64,000 nt of DNA from Convolutriloba macropyga (Eukaryota). Below the pieces are notes generated by a model, which worked only from the letters and a program-made list of their open reading frames with translations, had not been told where the DNA came from and did not search any database. A program made the translations under genes and the position numbers. The stretch lies in the NCBI RefSeq assembly GCF_964194025.1, contig NC_134469.1, forward strand, positions 43,462,001-43,526,000. The letters are read 5' to 3'. Each line of letters opens with the position of its first letter. Position 1 is the stretch's first letter. This document shows, piece by piece, positions 1 through 10,165 of this stretch.

Positions 1-2620
1 TTGGCAAATCAATAACCCTAGTTAGGTTGCATGTTTTTTTGTTTCCCAGGAGAACTGGAGGAATCATTCGCCACTATAATCTGAACTTTTTAATTCAGCA
101 AATATGTCTTTATATCGTATACCCTTGTGCTAGACCCAAGCTATCTCTACAAAACAGAGAGTCAGAGATCCGATGGGCTTAAATTTGAACATGGAAGACC
201 TATAAGCAGCTCCTTTGGGATGCTACAGAAACTTGCTTAACCCGGCTCATGTGAGAATTGATCAATCGCCAACATGTCAGCACATCAGCAGCTGCCGTGT
301 TAAATTGTGTGGGCTGAAACCTTTTTTTAGCACACGTAAGATGTTTTCCGGTAATACACACATTAAATCTGGAACACGAAAGGGCGCAGAAGAGGTAGTA
401 AAATTTTTTAGAAACTGACATTATACTCACCGAAATCACATTTTTACTGAAAAAAGTTTGAATATACCTTCAATGTTTTAAATTGGGAACCAACGCTGAA
501 TCGGTTGGTTATACATTGTCAGAGCGCTGGTTTACTACAATATATACGCTGCCTATAATCACTCAGTTTCTTATTATACTTTGACCCTGTAATAGCGTTG
601 GAAAAACGGGTCCTTAGAGGTACCCAGAGGCGTTTCCATTGTCTGGAGAGCCAGTACCGCTATTAGTTAATCAACTGAAACCAAAAGTCAACAAATTGTA
701 CTTAGAAGTTGACATGACTATAAAATTGTACGACCAGAATCAAAACAAATCTGAAGTTCTGGGTAAAAATTTAGCTTGTGTCCCTTTTTTGCATAACATG
801 ACTTACTTGTTTTTTGGGAGAACCAAATTAACTCAAAAAAATAAAATACACAATAAACTCGCATAATTAAGCATCAATAGAAATTATAACAAAAGACGAC
901 TTCTTAATTTTTGGAGCCCCAATTGTGAGGATCATAAAATATTTTCGCCTATTTGGAAAAAAACCAAAGATTTGAAAAAATTGTCCAAAGCTTGGAGGAA
1001 ATGAATTCGGATTAACTCATTTTGGCATTTATATTATCCCGAAGTGTTTTGGAATGCCAAAACAGCACTATTGTTTAAAAAGAAGTCCTTGTTTTATCGA
1101 ACAATATTTTGGAGTAGTGCGATGCGGTCTCGAATTTTGGAATGAATTGCGTGACAAAACGAAATAAGGATTTGAATACATGTTTCCACGCTAATATGAG
1201 CTCTTTAAGGGGTGGACTTGGTGTCCCATCTGTGCAAAGGCTTGCTGTTCTCCATTTTTTAGCTCTAGCAGTGGGCATACACTAAATACTAGTTTTTTTG
1301 CTGAGGATTTCGTTGACTTGAAATTCAAATGTGGCATAGAAAAGTAATAAAACACAATCCGATGAAAAAAGTAACACCGAACATCAAAAAAATGGTCGAA
1401 GCAGGTTTACAGAAACCTAATTGTGATCTCATTTCCAAGCTTTGTTTTTTAGAGTCAAACTTTTGAACAGCTGCCAGGACGACTTTGCTTCCCAATGAAT
1501 CATTTTAGTATCCTGCGAAAGCGATATTTATCAAGGGAATGTAAAAACATCAAAAGTCCTGCGCCGGAGAGTGAGGTTCTCTGAACCTAAAAATCGAAAT
1601 GAGGATTCGAATATTTTCTGCCAAGACTTCGTAACCTCTTCAAGAGCTGGACTTCATGTCTCATCCTCGCAAATACTTGCTTTTCCCTTTTTTATATCTA
1701 GCAGTGGGCGCACTCTGGACACTAGTTTAATTCTTTGATGAGGAAGATGTTGACTTGAAATTCAAATGTGGCTGAGACGGGTTATATAAGAAACTAGATT
1801 TTTGACGAACTAGATTTGCTTGATGGCATTTAAGTCATCCGCAAAAAGTACCAGTTTTCTGAAACAACCCATTGTTTTTGGAATTAAATTTTGGAGAACC
1901 GCGGTGCAATTTTGAAATAAAAATTAAGTAGGTTGGCAAATTGAAATGAGTATTTGAATTCGTCCTGTCAAGCCCTATTTCCCTCCTCAAGGGGTGGAAT
2001 TGTTGTCGCCTCCGCGCAAGTACTTGATCTTCCGTTTTTTGGCTGTAGCAATGGGCACTAAATGAGTACTGTTTTGTTTCTCTGGCGATGAAGTTGTTGA
2101 CCCGAAGTTCAAATGTAGCTTAGAAAAGTTTTAGGCAAAACTCATCCCGATGAAGAGACTGACGCTGAACGACAACAAAATGACCATAGCGAGTTTACAA
2201 AAACTCATTCTTGATCTGACCTTCAAACTTTTTCCTTTTGGAGTTAAACGTTTGAACAACTGGCAAATAGTTTTTTTAATCTCCCAATGGTTAATTGTAC
2301 TAACATGCAAAAACCTATATCTAGCAAATGATTAATTAAAAAATTCAATAGGACTGAGTTTGAGAGCGAGAGTTATTGAACTTAAAAAATGCGTATTTGG
2401 CAAATCTTTTGCTTTTGACGGGTTGCATGGTTTTTCGGGTCCCAGGAGCACAATGAAAATCCCTCGTCACGCTAACCTCTACCATATGGTTAAGCAAACA
2501 ATAGACTGAGTTCGTTTTCCCTCTGCACTATAATAGAGTCAATTGAACCGGCAGCCAGTGTCCCGATGGGCTTACACTCGACTATAGAAGATGGGCAAGC
2601 AGCTCTTTCGGGATGTTACA
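1..2620 (-). pseudogene. Cluster of degenerate, mutually similar segments (1-240 ~ 2397-2620; 1170-1620 ~ 1640-1780 ~ 1950-2400), possibly decayed paralogs of a gene with an N-terminal hydrophobic anchor
   Basis: Diverged direct repeats, e.g. CTAGCAGTGGGC...GTTGACTTGAAATTCAAATGTGGC three times and CCGATGGGCTTA...GCAGCTC...GGGATG twice. Minus-strand frames read like interrupted coding sequence (MSFCKLAMVILLSFSVSLFIGMSF). No family recognised. Confidence 0.3.
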
Positions 2621-2785
2621 GTGGTAGACTAGTTTTCTCCTCCTATCCTGAAGAGTGGATCGAGCGTCATTTCCGTGTGACCGAACCAAATTGATGAGAG
2701 TAAAGGGTCTCAATTTCAAAAATTATTTTCAATTTCGCCCTGTTTAACTGCTCAGTTTGGTTGTTTGGTCGAATTAAAGAATGAT

Positions 2786-3140
2786 TAATTGCTCTTGAAC
2801 GAAGTTCAAAGAATTAACTGTAATCGTGTTGATCTTTTTTTGTGCTAAGTTTTTGCTTGACCATTTTGAGTTTCTCTTTTAGAACATTTTTTGAGTTTTT
2901 AGGTGACTTTTTTACGCTTTTGTTCTTCATTTTTGAGTGATCTCTATTGCTTTAAATCCGAAGAAAAGCTTGTTGCCAATATAAAGTCGGTTGCAGCATA
3001 GCAAAATCAGGGGTCGGATAGACGAGTTGTTAGTCCGACTGGTTAGGGATGCGGAGGTAAGCAGTTCGGATCCCCGCGGCGTCAAATTTTTTTCTACCCG
3101 CCTGTTGTTCGAGAGCAATTCTTCCGACATTAGTCGGTTT
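2786..3140 (+). mobile_element. HINE-like (Helentron non-autonomous) element, family A variant
   Basis: 5' subTIR AATTGCTCTTGAACGA (2787-2802), 3' subTIR TTGTTCGAGAGCAATT (3105-3120), terminal hairpin CCGAC-ATTA-GTCGG (3124-3137). Confidence 0.55.
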
Positions 3141-3339
3141 ATGTTTGCAAATTGGAATCAGTGGCAAAATTAATTTCATCCTTGTGAGGTTGTTCAATTT
3201 TGAGATTTACTTTGTGTTCGATTTTCACGTACTTAAATTATGTGGCAATATCTCGTCAAGAATGACCAAATAGAAAGTTTTTCGATGAATGTAGCCTTAA
3301 ACTTTGCTTTTAACCATTCTCACTCAAGATTTTATTCTG

Positions 3340-3471
3340 NNNNNNNNNNNNNNNNNNNNNNNNNNNNNNNNNNNNNNNNNNNNNNNNNNNNNNNNNNNNN
3401 NNNNNNNNNNNNNNNNNNNNNNNNNNNNNNNNNNNNNNNNNNNNNNNNNNNNNNNNNNNNNNNNNNNNNNN
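3340..3471. other. Assembly gap
   Basis: Run of N. Confidence 1.
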
Positions 3472-3713
3472 TTTGAAGTAGTAGAAAAAGTTGATCTTGG
3501 GACAATATGAAATTTACTATTATTCATTTTGGCACTTAAATTGGCATCACCTATATTTTTTTTTCGGTGACCACTATCAACTTTTTTTTCCAGAAAAGCA
3601 GAAAGCAAGGTCATTGGACCCAAAAAAAAATTTAATTTTCACTTTCAAAAATTTTTCCTCGAAGTTGTAAGAGTTGAGTTATATACCATTTTGAAGCAAA
3701 AATTTTGTCGTAC

Positions 3714-3747
3714 TGCCAATATGAAACATCAAAATTTCATTTTGGCA
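3714..3747. promoter_or_regulatory. loxP/FRT-like 13-8-13 inverted-repeat site (candidate recombination site)
   Basis: TGCCAATATGAAA-CATCAAAA-TTTCATTTTGGCA; arms are 12/13 complementary around an asymmetric 8-bp spacer. Function is inferred. Confidence 0.35.
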
Positions 3748-4984
3748 TCACTAAATCTTGGTAGTAAGAAGAACCGAAACAAATTTTTTTCGTCTTAAAA
3801 TCTAATACAAAAGTCAAATTTGTGCCAACCAATAGCTCAAAATTTAAAAAAACTAATTTTTATTTCAAAACCAAAGTGCTGCATACAATGTATGTACACG
3901 AGTGTTGGCCAAAATGAGTCGGATTAAAATGGACTCTAATCGGATTAAAATGTTCGTGCATTTTAAACATGTCCAATTTGTTCAAACTAAATTTGCATGT
4001 GCACTTGTTTGCTGGGACTTGAAACAAAATTAGTGCAAAAGCCAAGAATTAGTTGATACAATCTAAACTATCAGTGCAAAAGCCAAGCGTTTGCATATAA
4101 ACCATATGCAGTCTACCACTGAAAAATCATGATGGATGTCAAATTGTGTAAATATAAATAAATGCTTTAGGATGATGGATGATGAGGTGGACAGAAGGAA
4201 GTCTCACTGGACGTATCACCCTTGATTCATTAGTCTCTCTGTAACTGTCACCCATCGTGTTAACATTGAACTTTTACATATAGGAATGTTGACAATAATT
4301 GTGCATACATGACTTAATAAATTCTTGATTATTAATTTTTTTTCAATCGTGTAACAATTTAACTAACGTAGCAGTTAATTATAAACTGTAAGCGATATGG
4401 TTACTCATAAGCTTCAGATAAAACTCGATTACAGATAAGACTGTATTGTTCGCTCTTTTTGCGCTGTCTTTGTCTGCTTCATTGTCATGATGCCAGTCAC
4501 ACTTAGAGGTTACAATGATATTATATATCATTACGATATTATGAAAGGAATGAAATTATGAAATCAAATACTGAATGGAATGTAGCAACATTATGAAATC
4601 AAATACTGTATGAATTATCGGTGCAATTTCATCACAAATGAGGGACGATTGTAACATAGTTCCCCAAATGAGGGACAATTGAAACATAAATATGTAAACG
4701 TACTGCATTTGGCAGAAAAGAAAATTGAACAACGAGAAAAGAAAATTGAACAACAAATGCATACTGCATTTGGCTACTGAATTACTCACAAAGTTATCAA
4801 CATGGATCACAAATGATTATGAAAATTATGGATTTATCAACTGAATTATGTAAGAAAGTGAGGCACAGTAAGTAAGTGAGGCCTTGGCACAGTGCTGTCA
4901 ATTAAATCTTCAGAGCACTTACTAATTGCACTAATGAGTGTTTTATAGTTTTGACAATGTTCTTACATTTGCTGGCAAACAGGA

Positions 4985-6025
4985 TTACAGATCCTTGTGA
5001 CCCAATTCATGATCCGAAATGTCAACCTCATATTCCTCGTATTCATCAAAATTTGAGTCCGAGTCACTATCCTCCTGAGGGCATTGTTGAATTGAACTTT
5101 TAATCATTTGACGATTGTCGGGTAATTGCGCGGGTTGGAATGATGATGCGCTGCAAGATGGCCCTTGTACCACGATTTCATCATCTATCTCTGTATCGGA
5201 TGCTAGTTCCCCAAAACGGCTTGTTGTTTTGCGGAGACGTTTGCTTCTACGAAATCCAGTTTCTTGTCGAATGATCCTTACTGGGGGTGCTGAGTGATAA
5301 GAACTAACTGAATTATCTGGGCTAGCAATTCTTACTTGTTTATTGGTCGGAAATTCTTTCGAAGATTTTCTTTTGGAACTTCGTCTCTTACTTGTCCTTG
5401 ATACTTTCCGTTCTGGAATTTTAATTCTGATCGCCTTTTTGGTGTTAGATTTCGATGGGTCTCGGCTGGGATCAGTCTCTGACTGTTTTCTAATTGAAAT
5501 TTCCCCCGACATTTTCTTTAATGAAGTTGAGACGTGTTTCTGCATTCGTTCGACCATAGCGTCTATTGCGTTGCCACTCTTGTCCACTGGTTGGATGAAC
5601 TGCTCAAGTGGAGTATTCCTCTGTTCTGGTGTTCCGAATTTTGCTAAGTCTGCTTTATGTATATCAGTGTCGGGTCTACCCGGTACGCGTATCGTAACGG
5701 TTGAGTCTGAAGTCTTTATAATTGATGCTCCCGCTGGTATTGTCTCATAAAGTCCTTCAAGACTTTTTCTCCTGCTCTTAACATTTGAGTTTTTCCGTGC
5801 GAATTTGATTCGGGTACTCGAAGGATTGACTGGCTGTGAACTCGATGACGGAAGAAATTTGAACAAGTTCTGAGCACTAGTTGCCTCTCTGATTCGGTCT
5901 TTATTTCGTTTAATTTCTTCTTCACTTAGTAAGTCTTCGTCCCTCCAATTTGAATCATCTATTAGTTCCTCTGAGCCGAATGTGTCATAATCTAAACAGT
6001 ATTTCGCAACATTATCCCATGACAT
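4985..6025 (-). CDS. 346-aa ORF, probably the C-terminal part of a Ty3/gypsy-type integrase plus a basic/Ser-rich and acidic tail
   Basis: Uninterrupted ORF directly downstream of an integrase HHCC ORF. TVTIRVPGRPDTDIHKADLAKFG resembles the integrase C-terminal beta domain. Confidence 0.5.
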   Translation of the reverse strand: MSWDNVAKYCLDYDTFGSEELIDDSNWRDEDLLSEEEIKRNKDRIREATSAQNLFKFLPSSSSQPVNPSSTRIKFARKNSNVKSRRKSLEGLYETIPAGASIIKTSDSTVTIRVPGRPDTDIHKADLAKFGTPEQRNTPLEQFIQPVDKSGNAIDAMVERMQKHVSTSLKKMSGEISIRKQSETDPSRDPSKSNTKKAIRIKIPERKVSRTSKRRSSKRKSSKEFPTNKQVRIASPDNSVSSYHSAPPVRIIRQETGFRRSKRLRKTTSRFGELASDTEIDDEIVVQGPSCSASSFQPAQLPDNRQMIKSSIQQCPQEDSDSDSNFDEYEEYEVDISDHELGHKDL

Positions 6026-6114
6026 GTTTGTGTCTTAACATTATCCCTGTTTTAAAATTATAATATGTATATTTCTTTTGACCATCGTAAATAGGTCTGG
6101 TAGAATTGGTACTA

Positions 6115-6684
6115 TTAGCTTAGTACAATTGGCTTTAAGTTCTTACCAAACTCTGTGCACGCTTTACACAGTCGAACCCTATTGAGTAAATCTCTGTTGC
6201 AAAATGGCCACCACACTCGCGTTGCCAGTTCCGTCATGCCCCAACTTCCAGGGTGTGTAGCATGGAATACATCTGAAACTGCCTCTTTAATGCTGTTAGG
6301 AATTGCGACTCTATTGTCGACAAATATGCAACCGTTCCTTGTGCTCAATGATCTCCAATGAGCATGCACTTGTTTACTAAGTTTGCGACATCTTTCTTCG
6401 TCGTTTGAAATAATGCAATCTCTGATTTCTCTTAGTATAGAATCTCTGTTGGTAAGGGCAGCTAAGAATTTTGAGTTAAACAATTGTCGTACATTTGAGT
6501 CTAGGTCGGAAAATGTGGGCATCATGATAGGAGTACTGGCTTGCGTTTGGTGACAAGTAGGAGGCTTTGAAGGAGACAAGTAATTTCTAAGATTGAAATT
6601 ATTTACAATAGGGATTTCATTCGTGTAACTTGGTTCGGACGAATTATCAGACATATTTGGAGAATATGTCTGAGAATTTGGCAA
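6115..6684 (-). CDS. Ty3/gypsy pol fragment with integrase HHCC zinc-binding domain; DDE core missing
   Basis: LSTRNGCIFVDNRVAIPNSIKEAVSDVFHATHPGSWGMTELATRVWWP...CKACTEFGKNLKP matches the integrase H2C2 motif. Only relics (PIYDGQK/EIYIL) remain in 6026-6114. Confidence 0.8.
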   Translation of the reverse strand: MPNSQTYSPNMSDNSSEPSYTNEIPIVNNFNLRNYLSPSKPPTCHQTQASTPIMMPTFSDLDSNVRQLFNSKFLAALTNRDSILREIRDCIISNDEERCRKLSKQVHAHWRSLSTRNGCIFVDNRVAIPNSIKEAVSDVFHATHPGSWGMTELATRVWWPFCNRDLLNRVRLCKACTEFGKNLKPIVLS

Positions 6685-6867
6685 AGCGAGTTATTAGCGC
6701 GTGATTCACTTTCTACGCTTTGGTAATTACATTCTTTGCATTCTTTGCATTCTATCGTCCTACGCTTGCGTAAGTAATAGAGTTGTTTGAGTCATGTGGT
6801 TTCTGAACGATCTGAACGTGCGGCGTTTGTTTACTTGTTTTGTAAATGTTCTGCGTTTGCTTCAAAT

Positions 6868-7400
6868 TGTTCCGCGTTGTTGCACACGTGCTTTGATTGA
6901 AGCTACCCCTGACTGGGAAGTGTATTAGCTATGAAAATTAGCTATACCAAATTATACTAAATGTTCCGCGTTGTTGCAAACGTGCTTTGATTGAAGCTAC
7001 CCCTGACTGGGAAGTGTATTAGCTATGAAAATTAGCTATACCAAATTATACTAAATGTTCCGCGTTGTTGCAAACGTGCTTTGATTGAAGCTACCTCTGA
7101 CTGGGAAGTGTATAACCTATGAAATTTAGCTATACCAAATTATAATTAATTTGAACGATTGAACAAATGCAAAACAAATTTAGAAATTCAATATCACCCA
7201 ACAACAAGCTACCCTTGACTGGGAAGTGTATTAGCTATAAAAATTAGCTATACCAAAATATACTAAAGGTGAACAATTGAACAAATGCAAAACAAATTTA
7301 GAAATTCAATATCACCCAACAAGAAGCTACCCTTGACTGGGAAGTGTATTAGCTATAAAAAATATCTATACCAAAAAATACTAAAGGTGAACAATTGAAC
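6868..7400. repeat. Tandem array: five copies of a ~62-bp core at spacings 94, 94, 118 and 118 bp
   Basis: Core AAGCTACCCYTGACTGGGAAGTGTATTAGCTATRAAAATTAGCTATACCAAAWTATACTAAA at ~6900, 6994, 7088, 7206 and 7324. Confidence 0.95.
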
Positions 7401-8365
7401 TTCATCGCGTTTCATGGTTGCATACTTTGTGTTTCACAAATGCAAAACAGATTTAGAAATTCAATAAGATCACCCGCTCGTCTGCAGCGAGGAAACCCCA
7501 GCACGGAAAGTGCTGTATTCGTTATGGAGACGGGCTGTCATGGTGGTGGGTATAGGTACACATACGGATTGTTAACGGTCAACAACTTGAGACAGCGTAG
7601 TTAGTTTTCCAGCAGTGAACGAGTGACCTTAGTTGTTAGTATATATCAAACACCTAGTTTCCATGGTACAAAAATTAAGTATTCTTGCTCATTGTTTTCA
7701 CGCTAAAATGTCGGATACCTATCATCATTCTTCAGTCCTGAAAAGCTCAGCTAATAAAAATAATTATATCAATTCCTAGCTTTAAACGGTTTAAAATCAA
7801 ATTACAATGTATTACTTTGCAGTTGTTGAAAAAAGGGCTCAGTTACATTTGACTTACATTATAAGCAAGTTTTAATTGCCGTCTGTGTTTTAATTTCAAA
7901 ACTTCGCTGTATTGTAAATGCAATCGTGCGACCTCTATTGGAAAATATTTTCATTTGTTTTACAATCGTCAAACGATTGTTATTGATACATAATTAAATC
8001 AATTCAAAGGTCGATTGTGACATTCAATCATCACCAAAGAAATGGTCAATCATCAATGAAACTTATCATTTATGTAATAATAGCCAGTAGGTGATGCCCA
8101 AAAACTTGATCGATAAAAGAAAATTGATTGACCCCCGTTTGGCCCCTATCACGTCAAAATGAATATATTTTCATTTGGGTTTCTACTCATCTAAGTAGAT
8201 TAGTTTAATATTTAATATTTAATATTATGACTCCAAATCTACAATGCTCTGAATCATCATCTAAAGTTCGGTTTGAGGGGACCGTCACCTTGAACTGGGC
8301 AATTTTTGAAAGGGGGATTTTTACAATCCCCCACCCAAGAACAATTGCATATTATATATCATTTA

Positions 8366-8430
8366 CAATCGTGTAACGATTGATGAACAATCGTGTAACG
8401 ATTGATACATGCAATCGTGTAACGATTGAT
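8366..8430. promoter_or_regulatory. Three tandem dyad sites CAATCGT-GTA-ACGATTG upstream of the SET-YR gene
   Basis: Perfect 7-3-7 palindromes at 8366, 8388 and 8412; another with a CAA spacer at 7963. Confidence 0.5.
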
Positions 8431-8750
8431 GAACAACTTCAAAAGAGACATTTCTAATGATCATTTCTAATGGTAAAAGATAATGGTAATTATAACCGAT
8501 AATTAGTCATATTTTTATTGACGCTAATCGATTAAAAGTTAATAACTACTACTTGCACAATAAACAAATAGATGAACAAAGTTAATAACTAGTACTTGCC
8601 TCATAAACAATTAGATAAACAAATTATCGCAGACTCTTTTTCTTTTTGGACTCAAATTTCAGGCCACTAAAACTATTTCAAAATTATGCCATTTTAAAGT
8701 AAACTCTTACAACAATAAGATTCAAATCTTTGTCATATTCAAATCCAAAA

Positions 8751-10165
8751 ATGGTTAAATTGCGAAGTCAGACAGCACGTACGCGAACCCTCAGAAACAG
8801 AGTTATTGCTGATGACAATCACAATAACAACAACAATAATAATAGGAAGGGTAAGTTGAGCAAGAAACGAAGTCGCGAGCAGCAGTCCGACGAAACAAGT
8901 GCTGGAAAACGATTTCAGCCCGACAGCCCGACGATAGACGATAGACAACCCGTACAAGATGTACACGAGGAACCCGAAGATGTTGGCACAGATATTGTAA
9001 ACGCAAACTGGCAAATTCTTGGTTTTATAGATGCTGAGCTCACTGAAAAGTTAATTGACTGCCAAACGTTGGAAACACACAAGCTCTGTTTTCATTCAGA
9101 CTTTCAATCTCTTTTATTGAGAGATCCGAAAGCAAAAGCTCTGTACACGCAGATGTTCAAATCATATCTCGACTCCCTTGAAAATGTTAGTTTCCTCACT
9201 ACTTCAAAATATGAACCACAAGATGGCTTTACACAGATGCGCGTTGTCGCCAAGAAGAAATTCAGGCCGAAAACAGTCATCTCAGGTCTGGAGGGTTTTA
9301 CAGAAACTGTCTCTGATGACGAGCTCACGGAGGACATGTCTTTTTCGGTTTTTGCCCCCACAAACAATTTTAAGAGCACACGGATTATGCTCGGACCTGC
9401 TTCATTCGTCAATCACGAATGCAACCCAAACGCCCGATATGTTGTGTCCGGTGAAAAGAACAAAACGATCATATCAATTCAGGCAATTAGAACAGTCGAA
9501 ATTGACGAAGAAATTTCAGTTTTTTATAGCCCTGATTATTTTGGAGATAATAATAGGAATTGCCAGTGCACCACATGCATGAAAGAAGCACCGAGTGATG
9601 AAGCAATCGTTCAAGTCTCACCCAGTGAAGCAATCGTCGAGGAAGCACCGAGTGATGAAGCAATCGTTCAAGTGTCACCCAGTGAAGCAATCGTCGAGGA
9701 AGCACCAAGTGATGAAGCAATCGTTCAAGTGTTACCCAGTGAAGCAATCGTTGAAATCGTACCCATCCGTGAAGCAATCGTTGAAATGTTACCAAATGTT
9801 GAACAAGCAGACGTCGAGGAAGCACCGAATGATGAAGCAATCGTTGAAATGTTACCAAACGTCGAGGAGAAGGCTCGACTCCAACGACCAAAGAAAAATA
9901 AAACTGATCCCGTTCTGGAGTGCCTAATTTGTCATGCCGTTGTCAAGAGAATGGACAAGCACTTGCAGCAACACAATGACATTCTCGAAAAAGCAGAGAT
10001 AACCTTTATCATCGATTTCTACAGGACAAAAAATGTACAGAAGAAGCACAAAATCTACGACTGTATGGCTTGCTACAGACGATTTGCTTCTCTGGTGACG
10101 CACAAGTACACCAACAAGTGCGATTGTTCTGCAGTCACGAGAGTGGAGAATCCGGAAAGCAGGGC
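8751..10165 (+). CDS. Exon 1 of SET-ZnF-tyrosine recombinase fusion: SUV4-20/Set9-type SET and post-SET domain, acidic repeats, two Zn fingers
   Basis: ATG at 8751. Motifs IDAELTEKLIDCQTLETHKL, FSV, LGPASFVNHECNPN and EEISVFYSPDYFGDNNRNCQCTTC match KMT5B/C motifs (THKM, LGPAAFINHDCRPN, EEISCYYG..FFG..NEFCECYTC). Zn fingers CLICHAVVKRMDKHLQQH and CMACYRRFASLVTHKYTNKC. Donor GC|GTAAGT. Confidence 0.88.
9585..9870 (+). repeat. Coding minisatellite (57-nt unit, EAPSDEAIVQVSPSEAIVE) forming an acidic linker
   Basis: GAAGCAATCGT recurs every 27-30 nt; frame is preserved. Confidence 0.95.

Noticed and set aside
6868-7400. CRISPR-like repeat/spacer array
   Set aside because: Spacers are themselves repeated, the core is ~62 bp, there are no cas genes, and the context is eukaryotic.
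7455-7540. HDV-like ribozyme (minus strand has UCCUCGCU and a P1-like helix) or RNase MRP-like RNA
   Set aside because: P3 and P2 cannot be paired convincingly, and the segment is far too short for MRP.
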